Assembly (NCBI GenBank): GCA_020137815.1
Contig: CM035355.1
Span: 2,046,001-2,110,000 of the forward strand
Length of the DNA stretch: 64,000 nt
Reading direction: 5' to 3'
Source of the DNA: Hormiphora californensis
Lineage: Eukaryota > Animalia > Ctenophora
Made by a program: the position numbers and the translations under genes. Below the pieces are notes generated by a model, which did no database searches, was not told the origin of the DNA, and was given only the letters and a program-made list of their open reading frames with translations. Positions 21,521 through 35,074 of this stretch are shown one piece after another; position 1 is the first letter of the stretch; every line of letters starts with the position of its first letter.

Positions 21521-22257
21521 TCATGAATGTCTCATACAGTAAGCTACTGGTCTCCCATCTCTGAAGACTAACCTGCACTCCTTGGTGTCTACTAGCATGT
21601 TGGTCACCATCTTCATCTCGGCGTCCGTGAGTGCTGCATCCATGATAACCTGAAACATACACACTGTCTTGCTTTATTTAGTACATGATGGAACATGTGT
21701 TGTTAGTTAACTGTTAAAATTGAAAGACGTGTTATACAGTCGGACCCCGATTTACCGGAACCCCGATTTATCGGGCAAACCCATTCCCCCGAGAATCCCG
21801 GTAAATCCGACTGTAACACCTGGTAACCCCTGTTTTTGGAAACATGTGATACCCAGTCGGTACACACTGCACACACTTTCAAACTTTCATTATACAGATC
21901 TGTATACCTCTGGTACGAAATCGCTATCCAGAGTTTTCCCAGCTCGCACTACGAGGTTCCGTGTAAGGAGAGCATCATGGTCGTAGTATTGTCCCGTTAG
22001 ATGGAGGAAATGACCCGTTCCTGCTGCTCTAACCCTGTCGACTAGCTCCGAACCGACCTCTGAGTGACATTAATTATTTGTTAGCATCAAACAGATTGAA
22101 CTTAGAGATTAGGAATACCTTTAATAATGAAATTCATAAAATAAATAGTACCTGAAAATGTAGGAAGGGGTAGAAATCGAGCATCAGACTTTTTAGCAAG
22201 ATTAGTCAGTGATTTCGTTCCGGTCAGTCGCCGCTTGGACAAGACCCGAAACAACAT
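21521..22257 (-). CDS. Small hypothetical protein (~128 aa, 3 exons) with a basic, mitochondrial-presequence-like N-terminus
   Basis: Exons 22257-22152, 22059-21908 and 21649-21521 join in phase through canonical GT-AG introns, giving MLFRVLSKRRLTG...YCMRHS*. It is absent from the ORF track. Confidence 0.6.
21737..21813. mobile_element. pogo/Tc1-mariner-like MITE
   Basis: TA|CAGTCGGA...TCCGACTG|TA, i.e. TIRs with a TA TSD. Confidence 0.75.
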
Positions 22258-22399
22258 AATCTGTTATGAAATAGGATTATAGACTAAAAAATAAGACAGA
22301 GACCAGTGGCAAGTGGTCGGAAGAAGGATTAAAACACTTTCAAATTAATGCCGTGAAAATAAATTAATCATAAAAACTAAACACAGATAAAAACGATTA

Positions 22400-24697
22400 C
22401 TATTTAATTCGCTCATTAACTTCCACATCTTCACCCCTGAGAATCAGCCGCTCACTCTCCAACTTTGGTCCCTTCTTCTCGTGGTACATACTGCACCTCT
22501 CCCATGCACTCTTCCCACATTTCCCACAGTGGTGATCTGGATAGGGCAGTCCCACAATATCTGTCCTGTTGGAACAGCCACGGCATCGAAAGAACCGCTT
22601 AACCGCGGGACCTTTTTTAACCGGGTGGCCCTCCGTCCGACATTTGTCCTGCAGCCGGGATGTAGCCGTGTTGCAAACTTTACACATGTAAACCGTCACT
22701 TTTATTTCCTTTAGTTGCATCAGTTTCTCTTCGTTGTTTTCAAACTTTTCCAGGGCACTGAAGTACTGCTCTGTTTTCTCCATTTCCTGGATCTTTAGAG
22801 CACCAGCATTCGCTGATTGGGCCTTCATCAGACGTTGCCCTTCTGCCGATTCAACATCCAAAGCCCCAAAGGCAGCTGATAAAATTCCTGTTTTTGGTTT
22901 TGGGTCAGGTTCCGAATTGCCTTTACTGCTTCCTTTTTTCGTCTTGTTCTCCTTGCCCATTTTTAACCTAGGTTGAATAGATTTGTCCCAAAGCATATCA
23001 GAAGGTCCATTTAGGACTGGTTTAGCCGGTTGGATAGGTTCCTTTTCCAACCCCAAAGACCGTTCTTTCATCTTTCTCCTCTCAGCCTCATTCATTTCAG
23101 CCCTCTTTTTACTTCCGCTATGTGGCGCAAACGCACCCTGACGGGCCAGAGCTAGTGCCTTAGCTTTAGTGGATTTCATCTCTCTCGAACTATTGAGGTT
23201 AATAAATCCAGAAGTAGACAATCCGCCCCCAAGGGTGGGCTTTTCCACGTGTTTCCGGAAGAACTCTTTCGGGGTTTCAAGACGAGGCTTCTTAGCAGAC
23301 TCGGGTTCTCTTTCCTTCGCCTGCCCCTCCAGACATCGCTTCAGCTGGACAGATCCCGCGGATTGAACCTTCAACCTCGTCCGAAACTCATCTGAACTTA
23401 TGAGAGGAGCTGACACCATGACACCCCTTTTCTTCAAACTCGCCGCCTCCTTGCTCTCGGTGGGTCTATTGGGATCTCCTATTGAGCCGGGTGCTAGGTT
23501 AGGATAAAACACCTTTCCCTTGTGCACAAAACCCTGGTTTTCTTGCCTCTGTGTTTTCCGTTCATTTGGCTGTGGAGTAAACACACCACTGAGTGCAATC
23601 CGTTTATTTCGCATTTTAGCATGGACTTTGATGATGTGAAAATCACAAAACTGTGTCATGGATTTGTTGATGAAGTTCTTGCACTGTTGTCCCCCGGGTG
23701 TTACGTTCTTGCACGTGCTGTAATCTGATGACATGCCCATTCGAAGGAGTTTCTTTGGGTGATCCAAGGAGAACGCAAGATCGGATTTCTTACCCTTTTC
23801 CACGTCTCTCGGTGGCATGAAGTTAGCATTTAACAGCGTCACAACTGTTCCTATCTGCTCCTTTCGGTGTTCCGTGTTCACGTCTTTAAACAGAAACAGG
23901 GAAATTGTGTTATCAAGAGAGGCAAGATCGGATAACGTCCATATGCTATACTCATTCCCGTTCTTAGATTTATACGGACCAACCTTCCTCACAATTACTC
24001 CCGAGGTAACCCAGTCCCCCTGGACATCAGATTTCCCTTTAAAGTGGATGGGCAGGTTACAGAGTTTGATAAACTGTCGCGTAGCAACCGCACAGTTAAA
24101 ATCACTCTTTGCTATAGACCGGTTTGTTATACGGAGCCCCGAGTGTGGGCATTTGTCCTCTTTCGGAGGCGTCTGCTGGGTGACTGCTTTTGAAGAAGGT
24201 GGAGTCTTTGAAGGAGTTTTTGTGGGCTTTAAAGGAGTTTTAGAGGGAGTTTTCAAAGGTGTTGCAGAGAATGAACTCTCAAATTCGTCAGACTCTTTCC
24301 CTCCAAATAGTTCTGACAGTGATGGTTTTTTGGTTGCCGAACCTATACCAGCTGTAGACAATGTTTCAGGTGATTTCTTCTCGGCATGTTTCAACACAGT
24401 AGCAGCAGTTGTAGGCTGAGTTGGCTTTTTAATTTCCTTTTTAGGTGTTTTCAATGAGGCTTCAGCGATTTTTGATTCCATTTCTTTCATTTTTCGCTTC
24501 ATCTCCTCCAGCTCCTTTTTCAGCCGATCTGAATTCTCCTCCTCACAGTCAGCTGACCCGCTGCACTCTCCATTAGTTTCGTCAGACGCATTGTTAGCAC
24601 TCGGGTTGGCGGAAGTTGGGTCTACAATCAGGTCAAGGTCGACATCGTCTAATTCATCAAATAGGGCGTCTAAAGCATCATCTGAATCTGCACTCAT
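22400..24697 (-). CDS. MCM10: DNA replication factor MCM10 (uninterrupted ORF)
   Basis: OB-fold DWVTSGVIVRK..SKNGNEYSIWTLSDL, a CCCH finger (CKN..CKNFIN..FCDFH), a C-terminal Zn region (CKVC..KRFFRC..C..C..C) and the end GPKLESERLILRGE. Confidence 0.95.
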   Translation of the reverse strand: MSADSDDALDALFDELDDVDLDLIVDPTSANPSANNASDETNGECSGSADCEEENSDRLKKELEEMKRKMKEMESKIAEASLKTPKKEIKKPTQPTTAATVLKHAEKKSPETLSTAGIGSATKKPSLSELFGGKESDEFESSFSATPLKTPSKTPLKPTKTPSKTPPSSKAVTQQTPPKEDKCPHSGLRITNRSIAKSDFNCAVATRQFIKLCNLPIHFKGKSDVQGDWVTSGVIVRKVGPYKSKNGNEYSIWTLSDLASLDNTISLFLFKDVNTEHRKEQIGTVVTLLNANFMPPRDVEKGKKSDLAFSLDHPKKLLRMGMSSDYSTCKNVTPGGQQCKNFINKSMTQFCDFHIIKVHAKMRNKRIALSGVFTPQPNERKTQRQENQGFVHKGKVFYPNLAPGSIGDPNRPTESKEAASLKKRGVMVSAPLISSDEFRTRLKVQSAGSVQLKRCLEGQAKEREPESAKKPRLETPKEFFRKHVEKPTLGGGLSTSGFINLNSSREMKSTKAKALALARQGAFAPHSGSKKRAEMNEAERRKMKERSLGLEKEPIQPAKPVLNGPSDMLWDKSIQPRLKMGKENKTKKGSSKGNSEPDPKPKTGILSAAFGALDVESAEGQRLMKAQSANAGALKIQEMEKTEQYFSALEKFENNEEKLMQLKEIKVTVYMCKVCNTATSRLQDKCRTEGHPVKKGPAVKRFFRCRGCSNRTDIVGLPYPDHHCGKCGKSAWERCSMYHEKKGPKLESERLILRGEDVEVNERIK

Positions 24698-24879
24698 ATC
24701 ACTGTGAAAGGGAATAGGATATTATATCGTAAATCGTCAGGTAAACTAGAACAAAAACATAGAGTAGCATTAAGAGCATTTAAACAGTGGAAGGTGTACA
24801 AAAACATTCAAAACATAAAATCAAATTCACACACAAAGGTTAAAACATTAAAATGCAGTTATTGTCAAGTTCTCTCTGC

Positions 24880-26381
24880 TCAATCCTCAGGTCGATAAAG
24901 TTTGATGGGAAAGTTCTCTGTTATAAGATGGTCATCCTCCAGAACAATCACTAGGTTAACCTCAAACTCAATCTTGAAATTATTCGTTGCTGTGGTTACA
25001 CACGTGAACAACCTGAAACACAATTATAAACAAAAATAAAATTAGATTGAATAGAAGCTAAAACGTGATAAGAGCAGTTGGATAAAGTTTTGCAGCTTTA
25101 CTGCTATGAAGGCGTCCTTACTTGGGGAAGACCATATGTATTGGGATGGGCACATTTCTTATTATGTCCCCGTCTGCAATCTGAACATTTTGTATTTCCG
25201 TTGCATCCTTAGCATACCTGGATTGGAAAAAATAGTTTGATCTCGGCAACTAACAGAGTTAAGTAACTTCACGTTTTTATAGTGTCAGATCAATATGAAA
25301 GTTCCAAAACAAGTATTGTAGTTACAGTATTTACCTACCCTTCAGCACAGCCACATGTTTCTACTCGAACAAGTTGGATCTCGATACTCTTTATAGGTTT
25401 AGCCGATGACTCTAGGATAATGTGGCCAGCCAGGGATTTCTCAATGTCACAAACAGCTCTGTCCAGTTTTCCACTGAACCGAAACTTGGGAACAGTCCTC
25501 GTGTGAGCGATATTTTCCAGAGACTCCGGAGTAATGAGGAACGGTATCTCGGGCTGATCCGGAGCTTTGGGGACTTTGCCCGCTGTGAGATAAGGGAATT
25601 AGTCGGAAAAACTAGATGTTTATAGTGTCCATGCTAGTTAGTCACCACTCACCTGCAACGACGAATTCCAGCTGTTTTAAGATGGGTTTGCTAAGGTAAC
25701 CACGCCGAATTTCTGCTTTTAGTGTGTACTGGATGCTAACAAACACCCCGTGATATGTGTCGTACAGAGGCCGAGTAGATTTGGTTGTTAGAGGAAACTC
25801 AAACGGAATTGTCGTTATACCTGTTGGAAAATGTAGCAGGGGAAGAGTTATAAGAATGAGGTAAACAGACATCTCCCAAAGATTGAAGAAGTATCAGACT
25901 CAACTTTAAACTTACCACTTTGGACTTTTCCTGATTTGCTGACTTCCAAGTTAATTGAAATAAGCTGAATTGGTTTGACAGAGTTATAAAAGGCTTCAAA
26001 AAGTCCAACACTTTTGGAGCTGAGTTGCATTGTTACTATTCCATCCAACTTCAAAAAGATTCCAGAGTGCGAGAATTCTGTAAAGAAATTCCGTTAAACT
26101 GTGTCCGGAGATATCCATTAAAACATTTTCAGAAAACGGCCATTTGCATTATGAATTTCAGTCGTTTTCTAATTTTCGTAGCTAGTGCGTTTCTCGGCCA
26201 ACTTCAATTGGCTTAGGGGCTTAGGGCCCGTTCAAAAGTTATGACTGAGATCTTTAATTGGGGAATGAATGACTAGATTACCCGATTTGCTGTTTATAAT
26301 CAGCGACCCCTTGACCGTCTCGCCAGGACAAAATGTTTTGCTGGCCTTTTTAAGCTTTATTTCCAAGTCAACACTTGCCAT
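24880..26381 (-). CDS. VPS26C: VPS26C / DSCR3 (retriever complex subunit), multi-exon
   Basis: Matching segments are MASVDLEIKLKKASKTF, MQLSSKSVGLFEAFYNSVKPIQL, IPFEFPL..LYDTYHGVFVSIQYTL and NFKIEFEVNLVIV..ITENFPIKL. Confidence 0.93.
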
Positions 26382-27110
26382 TTTATGGCTATGAAACTTC
26401 CAGCCTTTCAAGAGAAAACGATCGGTTATTTATTTCCCCTCACGATTGCCACAGCCAGCAGATTTTGGCCTTCGTTCTTTAAAAAAAGGGGGAAAAAAGC
26501 GGGCGAGCTGCAAACAAAATTTTATTTTTATTTGGATCGCGCGCATAAAAGGTGACGCGCAAAACCATAACGCGCATCTTCATTCACCAATCACCATATC
26601 GTCTTCTATTCATGACGATTCACTTCTCCGTATGTATCTCTCACTTGCCACCAGCCGCAACCATCCAACTTTTTATAAAACAAATAAAGACGCTAAATTT
26701 TCAAGTCAATCTGTACTGGTATAGACCACTAAAGTGTGGGGGTGTGAGTGTTTTAAAGGTATTGCGATGAATGTTCACTGTGTTCAAAATCATCACTGTT
26801 CTCTTTCTTTTGGAACGTATAACAAATCGTGTGGTTAGTGTCTTTCTCTCTCTTTTTGCCCTGCTAATTCTTGAACTTATCAGTATAACGTATGTTGGCC
26901 TTCCCCGTGTTGGTAGCTCGCCAGCTATCGCAGTGTAGCCAATGAGGGTGGCGGGACTTAAAAATAAACATTCTGTAAAAATAACAAATATATACGTAAC
27001 GAATTAACAAATTTCTCGCACGTCTGCATCCCCCGGGCGCATCGAGTGTCCCCCACCCCTGCTGTTACAGTGTCCTTGTTCATCAGTGTTTGTCTCATCC
27101 TGCACCACAC

Positions 27111-27369
27111 TCAGAGTGCAGTACCCCTCTCCAGATTCTGACGGATCTCCTCCGTATAATTTCCATAGAACCTCTCACACTTCTCATTGAACTTCTTGTT
27201 CCGTTCGTTAATGTAACTTATATCAGCATCATCAACATGGGTTCGTCTCCTGCTGAACTTGGAACGCTTTGTGATTTGTCTCTCAACATCCGCTGCCATC
27301 TTGTCTATAGCAGACAACTCGTCACGACCTGGAGGAGGAGGAGAAGGGAGTTTTAGAGATAAATAGAGG

Positions 27370-27464
<95 letters not shown>

Positions 27465-29181
27465 ACTACATGTCGCGAGGTTAGGAGGGGGTAGGGAGAG
27501 GGTCGTTGGGCTGTTATACTGTCGTAACTTTTATCGTATGGGTTTTATGACGCAAATACATCTAGTAGATGTCAGATGATCTACTGCACACTACTAATAC
27601 ACACTTTCATCAAAACAAAGTAGCCATCTATAGAAATTAACCAATCTTCTAAATCAGATACTAAAATCTAAACTACCTGTCTCGATAATTTGGCCTGCTT
27701 GAGGGTAGAAACTGTCTCCCATTCGCTGTCTCTGCCGCTCGTAAGCACTGTCATTAACCCTCAGCTGGCCCGTTATCCGCTCATACTGCCGGAAGTGGGA
27801 CTGGGCAAAATCTGCGAATCCTGGGTCCGGATTTTTCTTTTTCGCCCGACGACTATAGTACTCCAGCTCTTGAGCAGAGGCATCTGGTGAAAGAAGTTCA
27901 TTGTCAGCAAAGTTAGTGGCTGACAAAGAGTAACGAGTAAATAAGGAGTATTTGTTATTTGTTAATCCCGACCACACCCTGCAGACCCTGAGTAATCCAC
28001 CCAATCTCCGGGTATTCTAAATGTTTACTCGGACAGAAAGTAGTTAAAACGGTTGAAAATATAACGTCACAAAACAAGAAGTTTTGTAGTAACTACACTT
28101 ACAGCTGTATTTAGGACGCAACACACGTTTCACGGAATCCCTGACGGGAAACCAATCATCAAACAACTACACTTACTCATATTCTTGACAATATCATAGT
28201 TAAGTCCATTCTTGTCAGCCTCCTCTCGGGACTTCTGATCAGACAACTCCCACTCCAACCTTCTCCGTTTAGCCTCCCAGTTAGCTGGTAACTTGGATCG
28301 CTTCTCCTCTTCTTGCACCTGTGAAAGTAGTGGTGTGAGAAACACGATTTGTAAAGTAAAATTCAGCTTCAACCAGACAAAAATATCATAATTTGCATGT
28401 ATAGTAAAATTCAGACCAGATTAATCTCGGTTTACCTCAATATGGTTCAGTTTGCGGCTCTCATTTCGTTTCATTTTTAGCATTCTGAGGATACTATTCT
28501 CATTGCTGGTGTCCACAGTTCCACTAGTGCTCTCCGTTTCGTGGATTAGGGGTGGGGGAAACTCACTCTCCTGATTTCCATCATCCTTCTTGTCTTCTGG
28601 AGTTGGTGGAGTCGAGTTGTTAGAAAGAAAGTGTTGAGGAATTTAAAATTATTCTGAGTACGAAAAACATTGTCAGTTTCTTGTCAGTTAACTTACCTGA
28701 TGATTTGCTGGATCCCTGACCCTCTCCACTCTTAGTTTTCTTCTTCTTCTTGTTCTGACTGCTACCTGCCTGGGCTTGTTGTCCATGCTGCTGACCCCTA
28801 CTCGTACCGGGCTGTTCTTCAACCGCTGCTGTTACCTGACAAATGGGATGGTTAGTAAACTTGGATCCCTGCTGGCACACTTGCCTTGATCGGCCCTGTC
28901 TCACCGCACCCCGGTAAGGAACAGAAGGGTTAGAACAAGCTGGCACTACCAGAAAACATACAGCTGTATTAGAGATTAGGCAGCACTATTAAACTTGTCA
29001 TTGAGAGTTAAACCTGTTCAGGTTGGACCTCCATGGCAGGAGGAGGGTTCATGGCATCCTCTGTTTCTGCCTCACTCTCCGAACTGAAGTTATCCTCTTG
29101 TTCCTCCATTTCATTAGGTTCCAGGGGCCTCCCGATACCACTATCCGTGTCACTGTCACTGATGTATCCCGCGTCAGACAT
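27111..29181 (-). CDS. SYF2: Pre-mRNA splicing factor SYF2, with an acidic N-terminal extension
   Basis: Matching segments are [36 protein letters not shown] and [40 protein letters not shown]. The start codon is inferred. Confidence 0.9.
27371..27461. repeat. (GA)n microsatellite
   Basis: Read directly from the sequence. Confidence 0.95.
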
Positions 29182-29702
29182 GATCTGTTTGTGTGTCCTG
29201 GAAGGGGGAATGGGTGTTATGTGGGGGTAGCGGAGGGCCGGTTATGGGGTATGAATTAGGGGGAGTGGAGTGTTATGGGGAATGTGGAGGAATAATAGAG
29301 TTCTGGGAGGGGTGTTGAGTTAGGAGGGGTACATGGTTGGCGAAGAGTGGCTACTTACCCTCTAGCTTTCTGACTGTTGCAATGATCGTCTTACGTCATT
29401 CGTTACACATACTCATGTAAAATAGCGCTAGAAAGGTAGTGATGTTAGGAACTCGTTAGGAAATAATCAAATGGACAAGATGAATTGGATTTACTCCAAA
29501 TAAATTAATAAAAACCAATATAAGAAAAACCAGCTTTCTCCAATCTTCACAATGTAGCACTTATCTCTCTCATTGTATAGAAACACAATAGTCGCTTAAC
29601 ACATAACGTTATCACCGAGTAACACTTGAAATAGGTAAAGAAAAAAAACATCAACAAAAACAACAACAACCCCTTCCAATCCCGATATATAGTAGAAAAA
29701 GT

Positions 29703-32700
29703 TTATTTTTTCTTTCGTTTCCTATTTCTTCGCTTGGCAGAAGATTGTGTTGGTTGCTCCCCAGCAGCTGATGTTCCCTGTTGCTGTTGGCCTTGTTTTT
29801 GCTGTTTCTTAGCTTTACCTAAGATATCCTGTTCCATCTCTTTTAAGATATCATCAAATGTTCTGCGGGAAAGGAGTTATAGAAGAGAGGTAAAGAAAAA
29901 GGGTTAGAATGTATTTGTTCATACTGTTATTATTATATAGTTCTTCAGACTCGTGCACCACGAGCAAGAAAGTCACACTTACTTGTTTTGTCCTCTTAGC
30001 GCGAACTGTATCTGATGGGTGTATGGGACAACTCGAATACCCTGAAAAGGGGAGGGAAATTAGGAGAGAATTCAACACAAGTCAGTAGTGGTTCCAAGTG
30101 AAGAGGAAGGGCATTCAGGGCAAATAAAAGAAACAAAAGATTTAGCAAACTACTACAGACTATTATAGAGACAGGGCGTGTATTAGGTGTGGTTGCATGA
30201 TTCTGCTAAAGTATGTGAAATGTGAATATAATACAGCACCACTGAGTGTATACGATGATAACACACACTGCACCTCTCTACTCACTAAATGCTGAAACGG
30301 TGTGCTTTCACTTCCATCCGCGCGTCCACATCTCACACCACGTTTCGCGCGCACCCCCGCTCGACTCCGAGACATGTCGAGGGACGAGGGACGTTACCCA
30401 ACACACAATCAATGACAATACCCAGGAGACAAGGCTAAAAGCATTCCTATTTCTAATGCTTATAGACATGATTTCAACACAGTGGACAACAGCAAACACT
30501 CAACAAGGCCTTGCAAGGGGGTCTAGTGAGGGTCTATACTCTATAATGACTCTGACGGGGGGGGGGGGGGGGGGGGTGTTCTGACAAGGTTGTCATTTCT
30601 AACCTGACATATGATCCAGTCGGAGACGTTATACACAGTTCCATTTCGACAGGCAAAGTAACTGATATACAGACCCATGTAGCGAGTTTCAGCCCATATA
30701 TCATTCTGAACGGAGAACATAGTTTGGCAAAGTGCCCAAACGAGATAGATTTTGTTCCGCGGTGAGAAAATATTATTCAAACACCCCCGAAAGAGTATAT
30801 TTCCCCAGCTTCCCCTACCTCTTTAACAGGATGATCAGTGTTACACTCGCTACAATGTCTTGTCAGTGATTTATCTGATATCGGGGTAATCTTGTGTACC
30901 TTACCACAACCCCCACACGGCAGAGTATCACGGTACATCTCATACAGTCGGGTCATCATTGTCTCAACATCTGCTGCAAACTCTTCAGGGGATATCAGGC
31001 CTGAGTCGAACTCCTGAGAGTGGGAGATGTGGTAAAGTTCTTAGTGGGGAAGACAATTTGGGAGGTTGAGAGATATATCTGCTTGATCGATTTGTAGAAA
31101 AAGGAATTAAAAACTTGGGTGTTAGCTTGTCACGGGACGTCACCCACACACTGTACAGACTATAACAGGGGGCATGATATATACCCACCAGGAAGCGACC
31201 GAATATTCGGTTCGGTTCGGTTCGGTAGGAAATTTTGGCCGAACCACCGAATTTTTTGGTCAAAAAATGCCCAGAAATCAGGCTTTTTCATGCAAAATTT
31301 TTCAATTATTTCACGAAAATTTTATGGATTTCAATGTCAATTTCGCCGTATTAACCCTATTTCGAATCGGTGGTGCTATGTGGAAATGATTTCGCTAGTT
31401 AGCTGGTTCGATATGGATTGATTTGATACCTGAATTCCCGTCGAATCGTGTCCTCATGATCTGAGAGGGTCAACAAATTCAGAAATTTTTCAAAAAATTC
31501 ATGGAGAGCACCGATCAAGGTGTTAAGAATCATTCTCTGAAATTTTGTAAAAAAGTTTGGAAAATATTTCAAAGTCAATTTTATGGAAAATTTTCTATGT
31601 CAATTTTTGCGTACGAATCGTGTTTCGAATCGGTATTGCTAAGCGGGAGTGATGTTGGTAATTAGTGGGTCCGAGATGGATTGTGCTGATACGTGATCCC
31701 CCATCAAATCTAATTAGGAAGTTTAGGGGAAACGATTCATGTTTGAATAAATCCTGCTAATTAGCGAGAGCACTGCCGCATAGCATCACCGATTCGCAAC
31801 ACGATTCGTACGGCAAAATTGACATAGAATTTTTTTTCCGAAATTGACTTTGAAATATTTTACAAAGTTTTTTCACAAAATTAAATGTTTCTCTAAAAAT
31901 TCATGGAGAGCATCGATCAAGGTATTGAGAATCATTACCTGAAATTTTGTGAAATTTTTTTGTGAAAAATATTTTAAGTAAATTATAGTATACGAATCGT
32001 GTTTCTAATCGACAATGCTAAACGGGAGTGATGTTGGTAATTAGTGGGTCCGAGATGGATTGTGCTGATACGTGATCCCCCATCAAATCTAATTAGGAAA
32101 TTTAGAGAGAGTACACGATTCATGGTTTGTTTAATCCTGCTAATTAGCAATACCATTCCCGTATAGCATTGCCGATTCGAAACACGATTCGTACGCAAAA
32201 ATTGACATAGAAAATTTACGATAAAATTGACTTTGAAAATTTTTTCACAAAATTGACTTTGAAATTTTTTTCAAACATTTTTTAACAAAATTTCAGAGAA
32301 TGATTCTCAATACCTTGATCGGTGCTCTCCATGACTTTTTAGAGAAACATTTATACAGAAAAAGTTTTGTATGGTTCGGTTCGGTTCGGTTACCGAAATT
32401 CGGTTCGGTTCGGTTCGGTTCGGTTCGGTAAAAAAGTTTTTCAAATTCGGTTCGGTTCGGTTCGGTGGAAAAAAACCCGGTTCGGTCGTTTCCTGATACC
32501 CACTCACAACACACCTGTCTCTTCTCAGGATCCCCAACTGTCTCGAATGCCTTGCCGAGGACTTTAAAGGCTCCATCAGCTCCAGGATGGCTCGTCTTGT
32601 CAGGGTGGACCAGAATTGCCATTTGTCTGTACGATTTCTTAATATCCACCTGGCGTGTTACATGGTGTGAGAACGGAGACGTGTCTTTGAACGGGAATAT

Positions 32701-34112
32701 AAAACATGAGTAATGCCAGATATCTCTGTATTTGTCCTACAAAAGAGGAACAGCGTGTGCAGCATTACAGTCATGTAGTACGACAAATCAGTACAAATTT
32801 GTTGCAAAATGGAGTTGATTATTGACAATGTACCTGATTTGCATCAGGATGTACGCAGAAGATAGCGTAGGGGTTGCTGTTACCGACCAGGTGTGTGACA
32901 CACTCCTCAGCTGGGAAATAATGGGGGTAATTAGCGGGGGTAATTAGCGGCTAATTATTGGGGTATCCAATTAGTGTTTTGACAATAATGCTGAAATAAG
33001 CTGAAGTAATAATACAATAAGGGAAGTAATGCCATACTTGTCTTGGGTATGTCCTGGGTGAATCCCTCGCCCGGTTCCCGTTTTGGTCCAGGAGGGGCAC
33101 CTCCACCTGGTCTCCTCCTAAACAACCCATCCTCCTCTCCCTCTGTACCCTCTTCCCCCGGATTAGGGGGCGGAGGGGCAGCTTTTCCATACAACACAAA
33201 GTTCTTAACACCTGAAGTAGTTGTTTTGTTTAGCCACTACTTGTTTTTAAAGTGAGAAAAATAAGATTGTTGAGGTGCGTATGAGTGGCCCAGTTCCCCG
33301 ATTTTATTCTTGTGCCTGGAATTATAGAAACTAGAAATCAGAAAGGGAAACGGAGTGCCCAGTATAACAATTGTACAAGAGAATTGAGAAGACTGGGAAA
33401 GAGAAGAGACTGCTATACCAGTCATGATTTGTATACTACTGGTGCTAAAAACCAATTACAGATGCTAAGAAGCAATTACAGATGCAAGCAACTGTGTAAG
33501 GGCATTGCCCCTAAACTATTTAGTACAGTCCTGTCTCTTTCATAGTTAGAGACCTATCCTTGCCCCCCCCCCCCTTTGCTCACCTATACAGAAGTAAACA
33601 CAGAACAGAATCGGAGTCTTGACACACCACCATACTGCCTGGAGAGAAAAGAGGTAGTTTTACAATTACAAAACCCGGTATAGCACCATGAAACTCTGTA
33701 ACATCCAATTAGAGTTGTACCCCCTACTATACCGTGCCCGGCACGGTGAAACTTTTACAAATGTAAAGTAGGGTTATAACATAACTTTTACAAATGTAAA
33801 GTAGGGTTATGACATAACTTTTACAAATGTAAAGTAGGGTTATAACATAACAAACCTTGAGGACTGTTTTAATGAGAATGAACACCAGACATGAGACGAG
33901 GAGGAGGACGTTAAGTGAGATGTTTACAATGCTTCCCCATGACACCATCCGAACTCAGAGTACCCCAGAGAGAAAGGGAGAGGATCGGTAACTGGAGTAC
34001 CCCAGAGAGAGAGGGAAGGGATCGGTAACTGGAGTACTCTTGTTATATCAGCACTGTCAGCATTAGTTGTGTTATCGTCTCTCACCCCACCACCGGCCTT
34101 ATCATGATAGCT
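29703..34112 (-). CDS. DNAJC14: DNAJC14-like J-domain protein with Jiv90 domain (multi-exon; 5' end uncertain, may extend to ~34942)
   Basis: A hydrophobic TM segment is followed by the J-domain IKKSYRQMAILVHPDK..AFKVL. The Jiv90-like region reads CGGCGKVH..RHCSECNTDHPVKE-NDIWAETRYMGL..YNVSDWIICQ. The C-terminus is basic. Confidence 0.85.
31189..32495. mobile_element. Non-autonomous hAT-like element in a DNAJC14 intron
   Basis: TIRs are CAGGAAGCGACCGAA and TTCGGTCGTTTCCTG, with an 8-bp TSD ATACCCAC on both sides. It has subterminal (TTCGG)n arrays and internal direct and inverted repeats. Confidence 0.88.
33750..33850. repeat. 33-bp tandem repeat x3 next to a splice donor
   Basis: ACTTTTACAAATGTAAAGTAGGGTTATAACATA is repeated. 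Confidence 0.85.
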
Positions 34113-34117
34113 AGAGT

Positions 34118-34490
34118 GGGGAGTTAATGGTTGTTATGGAGACAGGGAGTTAATAGTTGTCAAAGGCAGGGAGTTAATCGTTGTCCTGGAGACAGGAGAG
34201 GCAGTTAACAGGTTGTTATGGAGGCAGGGAGTTAATGGTTGTCCTGGAGACAGGAGAGAGATTTAATGGTTGTCATGGAGACAGGAGAGGGAGTTAATGG
34301 TTGTCATGGAGACAGGGAGTTAATGGTTGTCATGGAGACAGGAGAGGGAGTTAATGGTTGTCATGGAGACAGGGAGTTAATGGTTGTCATGGAGACAGGA
34401 GAGGGAGTTAATGGTTGTCATGGAGACAGGGAGTTAATGGTTGTCATGGCCTGGGCAGGGGCCAGGGAGTTAATGGTTGTCAAGGGCAAG
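34118..34490. repeat. Minisatellite of GGGAGTTAATGGTTGTCATGGAGACA(GGAGA) units
   Basis: Alternating ~26/31-bp units, read directly. Confidence 0.9.
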
Positions 34491-35074
34491 GGAGAAGCCT
34501 GTCACGGCTGTGTAGCAGTGATAATTATGATACAACAGATAAAGGCAGGTTTTACATTTATGGTCTGATATATATTGTACGACTTACGAGTGAGTAAGAG
34601 AATCTATGACATAACTATAGGTACCAATGGTAATATAAACTTGTTGCATCTTCCACAGATCACAACACAGCAGCGGACAGTAAAAAAAGATAGCCGTTCA
34701 TCGTCCTTCTCAGTTCTCTCTCATAACACCAGTCACATCTTTCTTCTCCCTCTCTCTCCCCTCTTTATCTTTCTCTCTCCTCTTCACATGTAGAGTCGGC
34801 CGCTGAGTTTATGATTTGCTTTGTGCTTCTTCTTCTTCTTCTTGTGTTTCTTGTGCTTCTTCCTCTCAGGGGAGGAATCTGAGGATCCTGAACCAGATGA
34901 AACAGCAGCAGCTGCAGGAGAGGATGTCTTCTCTACTATCGCCTGTGTAGTGGGAAGAGTTATTATTTAGCCGTAATCTTATCGCCAGCCGAGGCAGCTT
35001 TTGGTTTCGATTAATTTAGGGAAAGGTGTTGAAGGTAGCGACACTCTGATATTTGAGGCTTTTAGCCGAGATGT

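Noticed and set aside
23817-24419. 200-aa plus-strand ORF
   Set aside because: It is an antisense shadow of the MCM10 coding sequence.
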